From contig WJJJ01000025.1 in the NCBI GenBank assembly GCA_014729775.1, positions 53,790-117,789 on the forward strand: a DNA stretch of 64,000 nt, given 5' to 3'. Each line of letters opens with the position of its first letter. Within the stretch, counting starts at the first letter, position 1. This stretch comes from Candidatus Omnitrophota bacterium (lineage in GTDB: Bacteria > Omnitrophota > Gorgyraeia > Duberdicusellales > 4484-171). A program made the position numbers and the translations under genes. Shown piece after piece: positions 1-8,611 of the stretch. The notes beneath the pieces were generated by a model. The model was not told the origin of the DNA, searched no databases, and saw only the letters and a list, made by a program, of their open reading frames with translations.

Positions 1-2
1 AC

Positions 3-1742
3 CATGCCGGAGCGGTGCTGTTCCTCGTCCATTTCGGTCTTCAGGCTTTTCTGGGATACGGCGCGCTGTTCCGCGCTTACCGCGCGGAAACCAACCTCAC
101 CCGCAAAAAGCAGATCGGTCTTATCGGGATCGCGAACGTGATCGGATTTACTGCTGCGGCGGATTTCCTGCCGAAATTCTTCCACGTTCCGCTTTATCCT
201 TACGGATATGTATCTCTGCTGGTGTTCATTGCACTGGTCGGGTATTCGATCGTCCGTTACAGAGCGTTCGATATCGAAACGGTGATTCATAAAACCGTGA
301 TGTGGATCGGCACCTCGCTGCTGGTGCTGATCCCCCTGGTTGGGGTGTACGCCTGGATGTTTCCCTTCTTAAAGGATTTCTTGTATTTACAGGTAGCCTT
401 TCTCTTGGGCGCGTTATTTTTATTCGCGTTTTATCTCCGGATCGTGCAGCCGCGGATCGACCGTCTTTTCCAGCGGCACAAGGCGAATCTTGAGCAGATC
501 GCCACGCGTTTTTCGGAAAATCTGGTGCATCTTCGGGGGGTGGTACCCGTACTCTCCCGGATTAAGGACACGATTCGCGAAGGAGTGAACGCGACAAGGA
601 CCGATATTTACCTTTGGGACGAGGATCGGAAGCGTTATGTTGATTCTGACGATTTCACCCATATTTTGCGTTTTTCCGGCGATACCCGTTTTTTCTCATG
701 GCTGGCAGAAACAAACCGGACTCTTTACCGTGAATTCACCGATATCGATCCTTTTTCCGCGCGGCTCCGCGATGAGGCGAAAGAATGTTTCCATGCCTCC
801 GGCGCGACGGTATTACTGCCGCTTGTAGTCAACGAAAAACTGCTGGGCTGTATCGCGCTGGGCAAGAAAGAAAATTTAAGAAGATACAGCGCCGCGGATT
901 TCTCTTTTCTGAATATGCTGAAAAACCAGTCGGCGATCGCCCTTTCCAATTCACTGCTGTATGAGAATATCGAAAAGCAGGTACGGGAAAAAACCAGGGA
1001 ACTGGTGGATGTGCAAAAACAGCTGATCCAGGCCGAAAAGCTGGCCACGGTCGGCACCTTGGCCGGGGGAGTGGCGCACGAGATCAATAATCCGCTTACC
1101 GCCGTTTTGACCAACGTGCAGATGCTCCTGGCAGCTCCGGAAGGAATGAACGAAACCGATCTGGAATCGCTGCAATTGATCGAGGAAGCGACGAAACGGT
1201 GCCGGAACATCGTGCAGAAACTGATGACTTACGCCAAGAAGCCCATGGAATCGGGTACATGGTCGATGGTGGATCTTTCTTCCGCGGTAGACAGAGTCAT
1301 GGCGTTTGTCGGATATCAACTTCAGCAGGAGAACATCAATTTACGCGTGCAGGTCGTTCCCGGAACGTATCCGGTCAACGGGAATCAGAATGAAATCGAG
1401 CAGGTATTGACGAATCTTATTTTAAACGCCCGTGACGCGATCAAATCCGCGCGGCGCAAAGGGAATATCGAAATACGCCTGTCCCGGGAAAACGACGCCA
1501 GCTGTATATCGGTGAGAGACGAGGGGCCGGGCATCAAGCCGGCGCTGATATCAAAAATATTCGACCCGTTTTTTACTACGAAAGACGTGGGGAAAGGTCT
1601 GGGACTGGGACTTTCCATTTGTCAGTCCATCGTTGAGCAGCACCGGGGCCGTATTGAAGTTTCTTCGCGTCCGGGACAGGGTACGGAGTTTCGGGTGTTT
1701 TTCCCGATACATACCGAAAAAGGTCTTATTCCCGAAAAATGA
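3..1742 (+). CDS. Membrane-bound sensor histidine kinase (multi-TM N-terminus, GAF, HisKA, HATPase); 5'-partial
   Basis: Frame is open from base 3; hydrophobic TM segments; GAF-like LLGCIALGKK..AIALSN; H-box AHEINNPL; N-box NLILNARDA; G1 DEGPG; F-box FDPFFTTK; G2 GLGLGL. Confidence 0.92.
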   Translation, partial: HAGAVLFLVHFGLQAFLGYGALFRAYRAETNLTRKKQIGLIGIANVIGFTAAADFLPKFFHVPLYPYGYVSLLVFIALVGYSIVRYRAFDIETVIHKTVMWIGTSLLVLIPLVGVYAWMFPFLKDFLYLQVAFLLGALFLFAFYLRIVQPRIDRLFQRHKANLEQIATRFSENLVHLRGVVPVLSRIKDTIREGVNATRTDIYLWDEDRKRYVDSDDFTHILRFSGDTRFFSWLAETNRTLYREFTDIDPFSARLRDEAKECFHASGATVLLPLVVNEKLLGCIALGKKENLRRYSAADFSFLNMLKNQSAIALSNSLLYENIEKQVREKTRELVDVQKQLIQAEKLATVGTLAGGVAHEINNPLTAVLTNVQMLLAAPEGMNETDLESLQLIEEATKRCRNIVQKLMTYAKKPMESGTWSMVDLSSAVDRVMAFVGYQLQQENINLRVQVVPGTYPVNGNQNEIEQVLTNLILNARDAIKSARRKGNIEIRLSRENDASCISVRDEGPGIKPALISKIFDPFFTTKDVGKGLGLGLSICQSIVEQHRGRIEVSSRPGQGTEFRVFFPIHTEKGLIPEK

Positions 1743-1755
1743 AAAAGGAGTAGCG

Positions 1756-2139
1756 ATGAATAAAATACTTGTAGTCGACGATGATCCGTTAGTCGTCAGA
1801 ACGCTCAAAAATGTCCTGGAACGTGAAGGGTACGCGGTTGAGGCGGTAAAAAACGCCTATGAGGCGGTCGATCGCGGAACGGGAGCTGATATCGATTTGA
1901 TTGTTTGTGATATTCGACTTCCCCAGATGAGTGGCATCGAGCTTATCGGGAAGGTGAAGCAGATGCGGAGTGAGGAGGGAAAACGCGAGGTGCCGGTGAT
2001 TTTCATTACCGGTTACGCTTCCGCCGAAGCGCCTGATCAGGCGCGGGATTTGGGCGGAAAAGCATATCTGTTTAAACCTTTTGATTTAGACAGTTTGCTC
2101 GAGGCGATCCGGACGCATCTGTTTCGCCGGAATGAATGA
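1756..2139 (+). CDS. Single-domain response regulator (CheY-like receiver)
   Basis: AAGGAG RBS before ATG 1756; ILVVDDD, CDIRLP phosphoacceptor, ITGY, KPF. Confidence 0.93.
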   Translation: MNKILVVDDDPLVVRTLKNVLEREGYAVEAVKNAYEAVDRGTGADIDLIVCDIRLPQMSGIELIGKVKQMRSEEGKREVPVIFITGYASAEAPDQARDLGGKAYLFKPFDLDSLLEAIRTHLFRRNE

Positions 2140-3023
2140 AACGCGCAGCCGAGGCGCACAGGAATAGAAAGGATAAGGGAGAGCCGCTGCCGCGGCGTTC
2201 CCGGACGGTCCTACCAGGCGGACAGAAGATACTGTCGAAAGCGGCCGTACGTCTGCGGGTGCGCTACCGGTTCTACCGGCGCATGTGGTTCAAAACCATA
2301 CGGCTGGCTACCTTTTTTTTCTTTCGGCTCTGGATAAAAGAACTGGAGGGATTCGACCGTATTCCGGAAGGCCGTTCGGCACTGCTGGTATCGAATCATC
2401 TCAGTTATTATGATTTTCTGATTTTGGGAGCGTTATTCCGGCATCATATCGTTTTTCTCGCGGTGAATAAAATCAGGGCAACTCCGTTTATTCGTTGGTT
2501 TACGAAACTTCATTTTGTGGTGTATGTCGACCGGGACCATCCCGGGCCCGTCTTCTTCAAACAGGTAATGAGGCATATTCAGGCGGGGAAATTGATCGTG
2601 GTGTATCCGGAAGGTTCACGGTCCCGGACGGGGAAAATGCTTCGGCCGAAACCGGGATTCGTGAAGCTCGCGATGCGTGCCAATATTCCGATCATTCCGG
2701 TAGCGATGCGGGGTACCTACGAAATTCTTCCCCCCCAGCGAAAAATCCCGCGGTTCAGGAAATGTGCGGTGCGGGTAGGGAACAGAATGTATATTTCACC
2801 AAATAATCCTGAATTCACGGACGTATTTTTCGCCGAGCCGCGGGAAAAGATCAGCGATCTAAGTAAGGAACAAATTGAAGAGGTCGCGGTGCGGGTCATG
2901 GAAAAGGTCCGTATGCTGGCCGGAGAAGAATGGGATGAACGCGCGGCCGACCAGGTTCGCCGGGTACTCGATCCGGCTCCGGCCGGGGAGGAAGGTGACC
3001 GCAACCCCGGTACGGAATCATGA
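2136..3023 (+). CDS. Lysophospholipid / 1-acyl-G3P acyltransferase family (PlsC-like)
   Basis: NHLSYYD (HxxxxD), YPEGSRS, KPGFVKLA..PIIPV; ATGA overlap with the receiver stop; true start may be further downstream. Confidence 0.88.
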   Translation: MKRAAEAHRNRKDKGEPLPRRSRTVLPGGQKILSKAAVRLRVRYRFYRRMWFKTIRLATFFFFRLWIKELEGFDRIPEGRSALLVSNHLSYYDFLILGALFRHHIVFLAVNKIRATPFIRWFTKLHFVVYVDRDHPGPVFFKQVMRHIQAGKLIVVYPEGSRSRTGKMLRPKPGFVKLAMRANIPIIPVAMRGTYEILPPQRKIPRFRKCAVRVGNRMYISPNNPEFTDVFFAEPREKISDLSKEQIEEVAVRVMEKVRMLAGEEWDERAADQVRRVLDPAPAGEEGDRNPGTES

Positions 3024-3164
3024 ACGGAATGGTCTTCGTTGCAGAAACACTCCGCTGCCGGCTTGTATGTGACAGGCGGGCGTGCCGATTCCTCGGAGAG
3101 CCGTACTAAGAGCATCGGGATCAGCCGCTGAAACCGTACGGATCGGAGAAAGGACGGAGATGGG

Positions 3165-3839
3165 ATGACTACCGTGTTTCAACCGCATGAACTGCTGGTG
3201 GTTTTTGACGTCGACAACGTGATTATTCCGGGTCAGACTCAGAAGTGTTTTTTGGGGAAACTTCTGCGGGCAGGGGATGTATCCTTGTTCTCGTTTTCTG
3301 TGGTGTGCTCATGGTTTTTGTTGTATAAGGCGGGGATTACAGTGAATACACAGAGAATTCGGCGCTACGCCTACAGGCAGTTAGCCGGGAAGCGATCCGC
3401 GAATCTCCGCCAGCTGTGCGCGGATCTTTTCCAGTCAGAGCTGCGGCCAAAAATTTTTCCGGCCGCGATGAAGAAAATCGCGTCCTACCGCGACCGCGGA
3501 GCTACCGTTATTTTAATGTCCTCCTCATTACGCGAAATCGTGGAAAGAATTCAAGAATATATCGGCGTGGAGACATGCATCGCAACGAATTTAGAAGTGC
3601 GCAACGGCAGTTACACCGGGGAGATCCAGGGAGGAGTTCCCTATGGAGAGGGAAAAGTGCACAAGCTCCAGGAATTTATCGCAGAGAACGGTCCTTACAG
3701 GAAAATTATTGCGTATTGCGATCACGATTCCGATCTTCCTCTGCTGGAGTACGTGCATGAACCGATCATAGTCAATCCTAATAAAAGAATGCGGCGTCTT
3801 GCCGAGGAAAGGAGATGGAGAGTTGAACAACATACATGA
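3165..3839 (+). CDS. HAD-IB family phosphatase (SerB-like)
   Basis: FDVDNV motif I, SSS motif II, GEGK motif III, YCDHDSDLPLL motif IV, VNP tail. Confidence 0.88.
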   Translation: MTTVFQPHELLVVFDVDNVIIPGQTQKCFLGKLLRAGDVSLFSFSVVCSWFLLYKAGITVNTQRIRRYAYRQLAGKRSANLRQLCADLFQSELRPKIFPAAMKKIASYRDRGATVILMSSSLREIVERIQEYIGVETCIATNLEVRNGSYTGEIQGGVPYGEGKVHKLQEFIAENGPYRKIIAYCDHDSDLPLLEYVHEPIIVNPNKRMRRLAEERRWRVEQHT

Positions 3840-3849
3840 TCTGCATCTG

Positions 3850-6012
3850 ATGGAAGTAATGTACATTTTCTCGTCTATGCTTACGGGACTGGGCAGTATT
3901 GCGCTTGGGGTATTCGCGGTAATCGCAGGCAAGAAGTCTTCGGTGAACATAAGGTATTTTCTTATGAGCGTGTGCGTGGCACTTTGGTCGTCGGGCTTGT
4001 TTTTCTGTCACTGGTTTGCCCGGCTGCCGCTTTCCCTCTACTGGAACCGGTTTGGTCATGCCGCCGCTGCGTTTATTCCGGTGACTTTCTTCCACTTTAT
4101 TCTTGTGCTGGTCAAACGAACGGACAAGAAAAAAATTCTTCTTTTAGGCTACGGCGCTTCTTTTCTGATCGCGTTATCTTCTTTTACGACTCTCTTGATT
4201 CGCGATATGCGTCCCAATGCCTGGTTTACGTTATGGCCGCAACCGGGGATCTTATACCCTGCGTTCATATTATTGTTCGGTTTTTATGCAGTCTATTCAT
4301 TCGCGCTGGGTTTCCAGCGCTATCAAATGACCAGTGGATTTCAAAGAGAACAGTTGAAATATATTCTTGTGGGAATGGTCGTTGGTTTCGGAGGAGGGGC
4401 AACCAATTACCCGTTATTCTATGATTTGAAAATTCCACCGGTCGGTAATTTCTTTATCTTCAGCTATATTCTCATGTACGCCTACGCCATTCTGCGTTAT
4501 CGGTTAATGGACGTGCATCTGGCCGTTTCCCGCACCACGCTGGGGTTGGGAATCTACACGCTGGTGTTCGGAATCCCTTTTTACGCGGGGTTCGTGACCG
4601 ATTCTTGGATGTTTTCGACCTCGCTCGCCGTGATTCTGGCCATACCGGCGCCCTTCATGTACCGCTATTTTCGCGGGAGGACCGAAAGGATTCTTTTAGC
4701 CGAGCAGCGTCACTATCAGAGAGTTTTGCTGCGCGCGGCCAGCGGCATGGTTCGCGAACACAATCTGGAGAAGCTGTACCGTCTGGTGGTATATGTGGTG
4801 AAAAAAGCGGTAAAAATCCGGTGGGTGGCGCTGTGTATTCGCGATGATGAAGGGGGTCCGTATCGATTGAAGAATTTTCGCAACGGCGGAGGGCAGCGGC
4901 CGTCGGCCGAGTATCCCGCCGAGCATCCGCTGCTGCGCTTTCTCGACGAAAAAAGGGAACCCGTGGTGTATGAAGAACTGCCGCAAGGTCTGCGCCGCAG
5001 CGTGGATTTTCCGGAAAAGGTCGGTCTTTTGATCCCTTCTTTTGTGGAAGACCGTCTGCTCGGTTTTTTGATCCTGGGTGAAAAAATGAACGGGAAGGCC
5101 TATTCGGCCGACGATATCAACGTGTTTAAGATCCTGGCGCATCAGGCCGCGCTGTCGATCGAGAACTGTCTGTTTTTCGATGAATTCAAAAAGGTCCAGG
5201 AACGAATTTTCACGGCTGAAAAGCTGGCGTCGGTGGGAGGCATGGCCGACGGGGTTGCTCATCAGATCAAGAACCGGCTCAATCATTTTTCGGTCGCCGC
5301 CGGAGAGCTTAAGTATGAAATCCAGGACGTGCGCGAGAAGTTTCCCGAAATGTGCGAGAACGAACCCAAAATCGCGAAATCGCTCGACTATCTCACGGAT
5401 ATCGCGGAATCTCTGATTGATAACGTGAAACGGACCGACGGCGTGATACGGGGAATTCTTTCTTTCGCCCGTACCGAAGAAAAGGAAACGTTTTTCTCCC
5501 ACTTCTCCTTCACGGAAACCGTCGAGTTATCGCTGGAACTGCTGAAGATTAAACATCAGGTGTCTCATTTTCCGCTTAAAACGAATATCTTAGGTGGGGA
5601 TATGATATACGGAGTAAAATCTCAGATCATGGAGGCGGTGTACAATCTTCTGGATAACGCCTATGAAGCAATACAGGATAAAATGAATTATCATCTTGAT
5701 GAAACACAGAAAAAAGAATTTAGGCCGCAGGTGAGGATTGAACTGGCAGAGAACCACGAAATGAACAAAATTACGGTGAGTGATAACGGAATCGGCATTA
5801 AAACGGTTGACAGAAATAAAATTTTCGCGCCGTTTTTCACGACCAAATCCTCGTTTAAATCAGGAACCGGGATCGGGATGTACGTGGTCAAACGGATGGT
5901 GGAAGAAAATCACGGCGGCCGGATATGGTGTACCTCAGAGTTCATGGAAGGAACGCGCATGCATATGGAACTTCCCAAGGCACCTTCGTCCGAAAACGAA
6001 GAGAGGGCGTGA
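3850..6012 (+). CDS. Membrane-bound sensor histidine kinase (7TM-type N-terminus, GAF, HisKA, HATPase)
   Basis: Many TM helices; GAF LLGFLILGEK..AALSIEN; H-box AHQIKNRL; NLLDNA; DNGIG; FAPFFTTK; GTGIG; start chosen at the first ATG after the HAD stop. Confidence 0.92.
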   Translation: MEVMYIFSSMLTGLGSIALGVFAVIAGKKSSVNIRYFLMSVCVALWSSGLFFCHWFARLPLSLYWNRFGHAAAAFIPVTFFHFILVLVKRTDKKKILLLGYGASFLIALSSFTTLLIRDMRPNAWFTLWPQPGILYPAFILLFGFYAVYSFALGFQRYQMTSGFQREQLKYILVGMVVGFGGGATNYPLFYDLKIPPVGNFFIFSYILMYAYAILRYRLMDVHLAVSRTTLGLGIYTLVFGIPFYAGFVTDSWMFSTSLAVILAIPAPFMYRYFRGRTERILLAEQRHYQRVLLRAASGMVREHNLEKLYRLVVYVVKKAVKIRWVALCIRDDEGGPYRLKNFRNGGGQRPSAEYPAEHPLLRFLDEKREPVVYEELPQGLRRSVDFPEKVGLLIPSFVEDRLLGFLILGEKMNGKAYSADDINVFKILAHQAALSIENCLFFDEFKKVQERIFTAEKLASVGGMADGVAHQIKNRLNHFSVAAGELKYEIQDVREKFPEMCENEPKIAKSLDYLTDIAESLIDNVKRTDGVIRGILSFARTEEKETFFSHFSFTETVELSLELLKIKHQVSHFPLKTNILGGDMIYGVKSQIMEAVYNLLDNAYEAIQDKMNYHLDETQKKEFRPQVRIELAENHEMNKITVSDNGIGIKTVDRNKIFAPFFTTKSSFKSGTGIGMYVVKRMVEENHGGRIWCTSEFMEGTRMHMELPKAPSSENEERA

Positions 6013-6069
6013 ACGGGCGCGGACGGCGGCACGAGGGGCCGTGGTTTTTCAAAAGACGGATCAGCGTGT

Positions 6070-7419
6070 ATGAGCAAAAAGAAGATTCATGAACGCCGGA
6101 GGTTTCCGCGGGTACGCGCCGCATGGCGCGTTCGGGGTGCCTCGGGCGTGCGCGGCAGTACGGTGGACGTGAGCGAATCCGGCGCGCGGATCGTATTTTC
6201 CCGGCCGCTCTGCGATTCTTCTTTGACCCTGGACCTCGTACTGCCGGACGGAACCGAGGTATTGTCCCTTTGCGTCCGAATCGTCCGCGAAGTCCCCGGC
6301 CTTCGGGAGGAATACGCGTTCCGTCTGATCGATTGTACCGGAACCCAGCGCCGTGCGCTTCGTCGCGCGCTGCTGGCTCAGCAGGTGCACATTGTGCTCA
6401 GTGACATTGACGAGGTGTCTGTCCGGGAACAAATAGAAAAATTTTTTCTCCGGGATCTGCTCGAGTATCTTCATTTGGCCGCGTCCTTCGAAGAGTCACT
6501 GGGGAGGGACTCTGATCCTGCCGGAATCGTTCCGGCGCTTGAACGGGCCCATAACGCGTTGATGCTGAAAGGGTATTGTTTGGAATTGCTTCTTTCCGGT
6601 GAATCCGCTCTGGTGAAACGGGTAAAGGAGTATTTCCAAAAATGGACTGCGCCATGGACGGCGCAAAGCGCGATCATGCGCTGGGCATTGGAAAAACCCC
6701 GGGGAATTCCCGGGGATTATCGGATATTGGAGTACATCTACGAGGATCGCGTTGTTTCTGAGGGGATCGGCCGTTATTTCGATTCGTTGTTCTTACGCAG
6801 TCCCTATGCGGTCGCGATGCGTCTGCGTAAAGACCGGATACTGGCATTGCTGCAGGAATATCTTTCCGCGCTCCCTCCCCTGAAAGAAGCAAAAGTATTA
6901 AATATCGCTTGCGGTTCATCTCGCGAAGTGAGAGAATTAGTAGCTCACGCCGCGGTGCCGTGTAAATTGAAAATTACCTGTATGGACTGGGATTGGGAAG
7001 CGCTCCGTTTTTCGCGGGAGAAATGCGCCGCGCCCGGAAACCGGGTCCGTTGCGGATACGTGAGGGAAGATGTCATTCGGATCGTGCGGAATAAAGTTCC
7101 GCTGTATTCATACGGAGTCCAGGATATTATTTTTTGCGCAGAACTTCCCAATTATCTTCCGGACCGGGTGATGAAAAAGCTGCTGCACCGGGTATATCCG
7201 CTTTTAGAGAGGGGAGGAAAGTTCCTGTTTACCCACAAAAACCGCGAAAAAACTTATCCTCCGTTGTTCCCTGACTGGTTCTGTGACTGGCGGATGATAC
7301 CCCGCACTCCGGAAGAGGTCGTTGAGGTGTGTCACCGTTGCGGCATCCCCCGCGGCGCGCTGAAAGTCGAGCCGGGGGTATTCGGATACGTGTATTTCTT
7401 TACGGTGACCAAGAAATAG
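6070..7419 (+). CDS. PilZ domain fused to class I SAM-dependent methyltransferase (PhcB-like)
   Basis: PilZ RxxxR (RRRFPR) and DxSxxG (DVSESG); KPRGIPGDY..IY motif; SAM motif I VLNIACGSSRE; acidic DWD. Confidence 0.75.
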   Translation: MSKKKIHERRRFPRVRAAWRVRGASGVRGSTVDVSESGARIVFSRPLCDSSLTLDLVLPDGTEVLSLCVRIVREVPGLREEYAFRLIDCTGTQRRALRRALLAQQVHIVLSDIDEVSVREQIEKFFLRDLLEYLHLAASFEESLGRDSDPAGIVPALERAHNALMLKGYCLELLLSGESALVKRVKEYFQKWTAPWTAQSAIMRWALEKPRGIPGDYRILEYIYEDRVVSEGIGRYFDSLFLRSPYAVAMRLRKDRILALLQEYLSALPPLKEAKVLNIACGSSREVRELVAHAAVPCKLKITCMDWDWEALRFSREKCAAPGNRVRCGYVREDVIRIVRNKVPLYSYGVQDIIFCAELPNYLPDRVMKKLLHRVYPLLERGGKFLFTHKNREKTYPPLFPDWFCDWRMIPRTPEEVVEVCHRCGIPRGALKVEPGVFGYVYFFTVTKK

Positions 7420-7435
7420 AGATTATGGGGATGCA

Positions 7436-7463
7436 CCGGATCCTTGATCCTGGATCCTGGATG
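7436..7463. repeat. Short degenerate heptamer tandem repeat (CYKGATS x4)
   Basis: ccggatc cttgatc ctggatc ctggatg in the intergenic region before mraY. Confidence 0.45.
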
Positions 7464-7512
7464 CGGAAGGAGAAGAGGAGAAGAGTCAGCGAGAGGAAGG
7501 ACGAGGGAAGCG

Positions 7513-8595
7513 ATGGTCTATCATTTTCTGTTTCCGCTTTCGAAATATTTTTTCGCCTTTAACGTAACCAGATACATCACTTTTCGCGGCGGATGTGCGG
7601 TCGTAACCGCATTCCTGCTGGTTTTTCTGTTCTGGCGGTTTACGATCGCCCGGCTGCAGCGGTTGAAAGTCGTGGAAAAAATTGACATGTACGGCCATAT
7701 CCACTTAGAAACGCTGCACGGTACCAAAAAGGGCACGCCTACCATGGGAGGATTGCTCATTCTCTTTGCCGTTCTGGGATCCACGCTGCTCTGGGCGCGT
7801 CTCGATAATGTGTATATTTGGTTATGCATGGGTATCGCAGGATTTCTGGGGATACTGGGGTTTACCGACGACTACCTCAAGCTGAAAAAAGGGAAAGGCT
7901 TGACCAGGATCCAGAAGTTTTCCGGCCAGATCGCTGTGGGGGTAGCCGTAGGGATCGTGGCGGTGGCCAGCAAGTACATTTCCACTACCTGGCATTTTCC
8001 TTTCGCCAAGGATGTGATTCTCGATCTGGGATATTTTTACTTGTTCTGGGCTGCATTAATGATCGTCGCGTCTTCGAACGCGGTGAATTTTACCGACGGG
8101 CTTGATGGTCTGGCAATCGGCGCGATTGTCATCAACGCGCTCTTCTTCGCACTTTTGGCTTACTTAAGCGGGCATGCGAATTTCGCTTCCTATCTGTTTA
8201 TCCCATATATCCAGGGAACCGGTGAACTGACGGTCCTCTGCCTCGCGGTCGGCGGGGCCGGCCTGGCCTTTCTGTGGTATAATTCTTATCCCGCGCAGGT
8301 ATTTATGGGAGATGTGGGCGCGCTCGCCTTGGGCGGATTGACGGGCGCCGTGGCATTATTTGTAAAAAAAGAGTTTCTGCTTTTTTTGAGCGGCGGGTTA
8401 TTTGTGATCGAAGCGGCATCGGTAATTCTCCAGATTTTATGGGTAAGATACGGCAAACGGCGGTTATTCCGGGCAGCGCCGCTGCACCATCATTTTCAAT
8501 TGCTGGGCTGGAAAGAACCGAAGATTATTATACGATTCTGGATCGTGTCGATTGTGTGCGCGGTACTCGCGCTTCTTACGTTGAAACTGCGTTAG
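7513..8595 (+). CDS. mraY: Phospho-N-acetylmuramoyl-pentapeptide transferase
   Basis: KKGTPTMGG, GFTDDY, NAVNFTDGLDGLA, FMGDVG, APLHHHF. Confidence 0.97.
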   Translation: MVYHFLFPLSKYFFAFNVTRYITFRGGCAVVTAFLLVFLFWRFTIARLQRLKVVEKIDMYGHIHLETLHGTKKGTPTMGGLLILFAVLGSTLLWARLDNVYIWLCMGIAGFLGILGFTDDYLKLKKGKGLTRIQKFSGQIAVGVAVGIVAVASKYISTTWHFPFAKDVILDLGYFYLFWAALMIVASSNAVNFTDGLDGLAIGAIVINALFFALLAYLSGHANFASYLFIPYIQGTGELTVLCLAVGGAGLAFLWYNSYPAQVFMGDVGALALGGLTGAVALFVKKEFLLFLSGGLFVIEAASVILQILWVRYGKRRLFRAAPLHHHFQLLGWKEPKIIIRFWIVSIVCAVLALLTLKLR

Positions 8596-8611
8596 CATTT
8601 CTTCGTCGACG

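Noticed and set aside
3020-3109. 29-aa ORF MNGMVFVAETLRCRLVCDRRACRFLGEPY overlapping the acyltransferase stop (possible signalling peptide)
   Set aside because: No clear RBS or recognisable family; an ATGA overlap of this size can arise by chance; needs conservation evidence.
4696-5502. Long antisense ORFs (this one, 24276..25130, 41794..42693, 58797..59765 and others)
   Set aside because: They shadow well-supported genes on the opposite strand and lack motifs; expected from codon bias.
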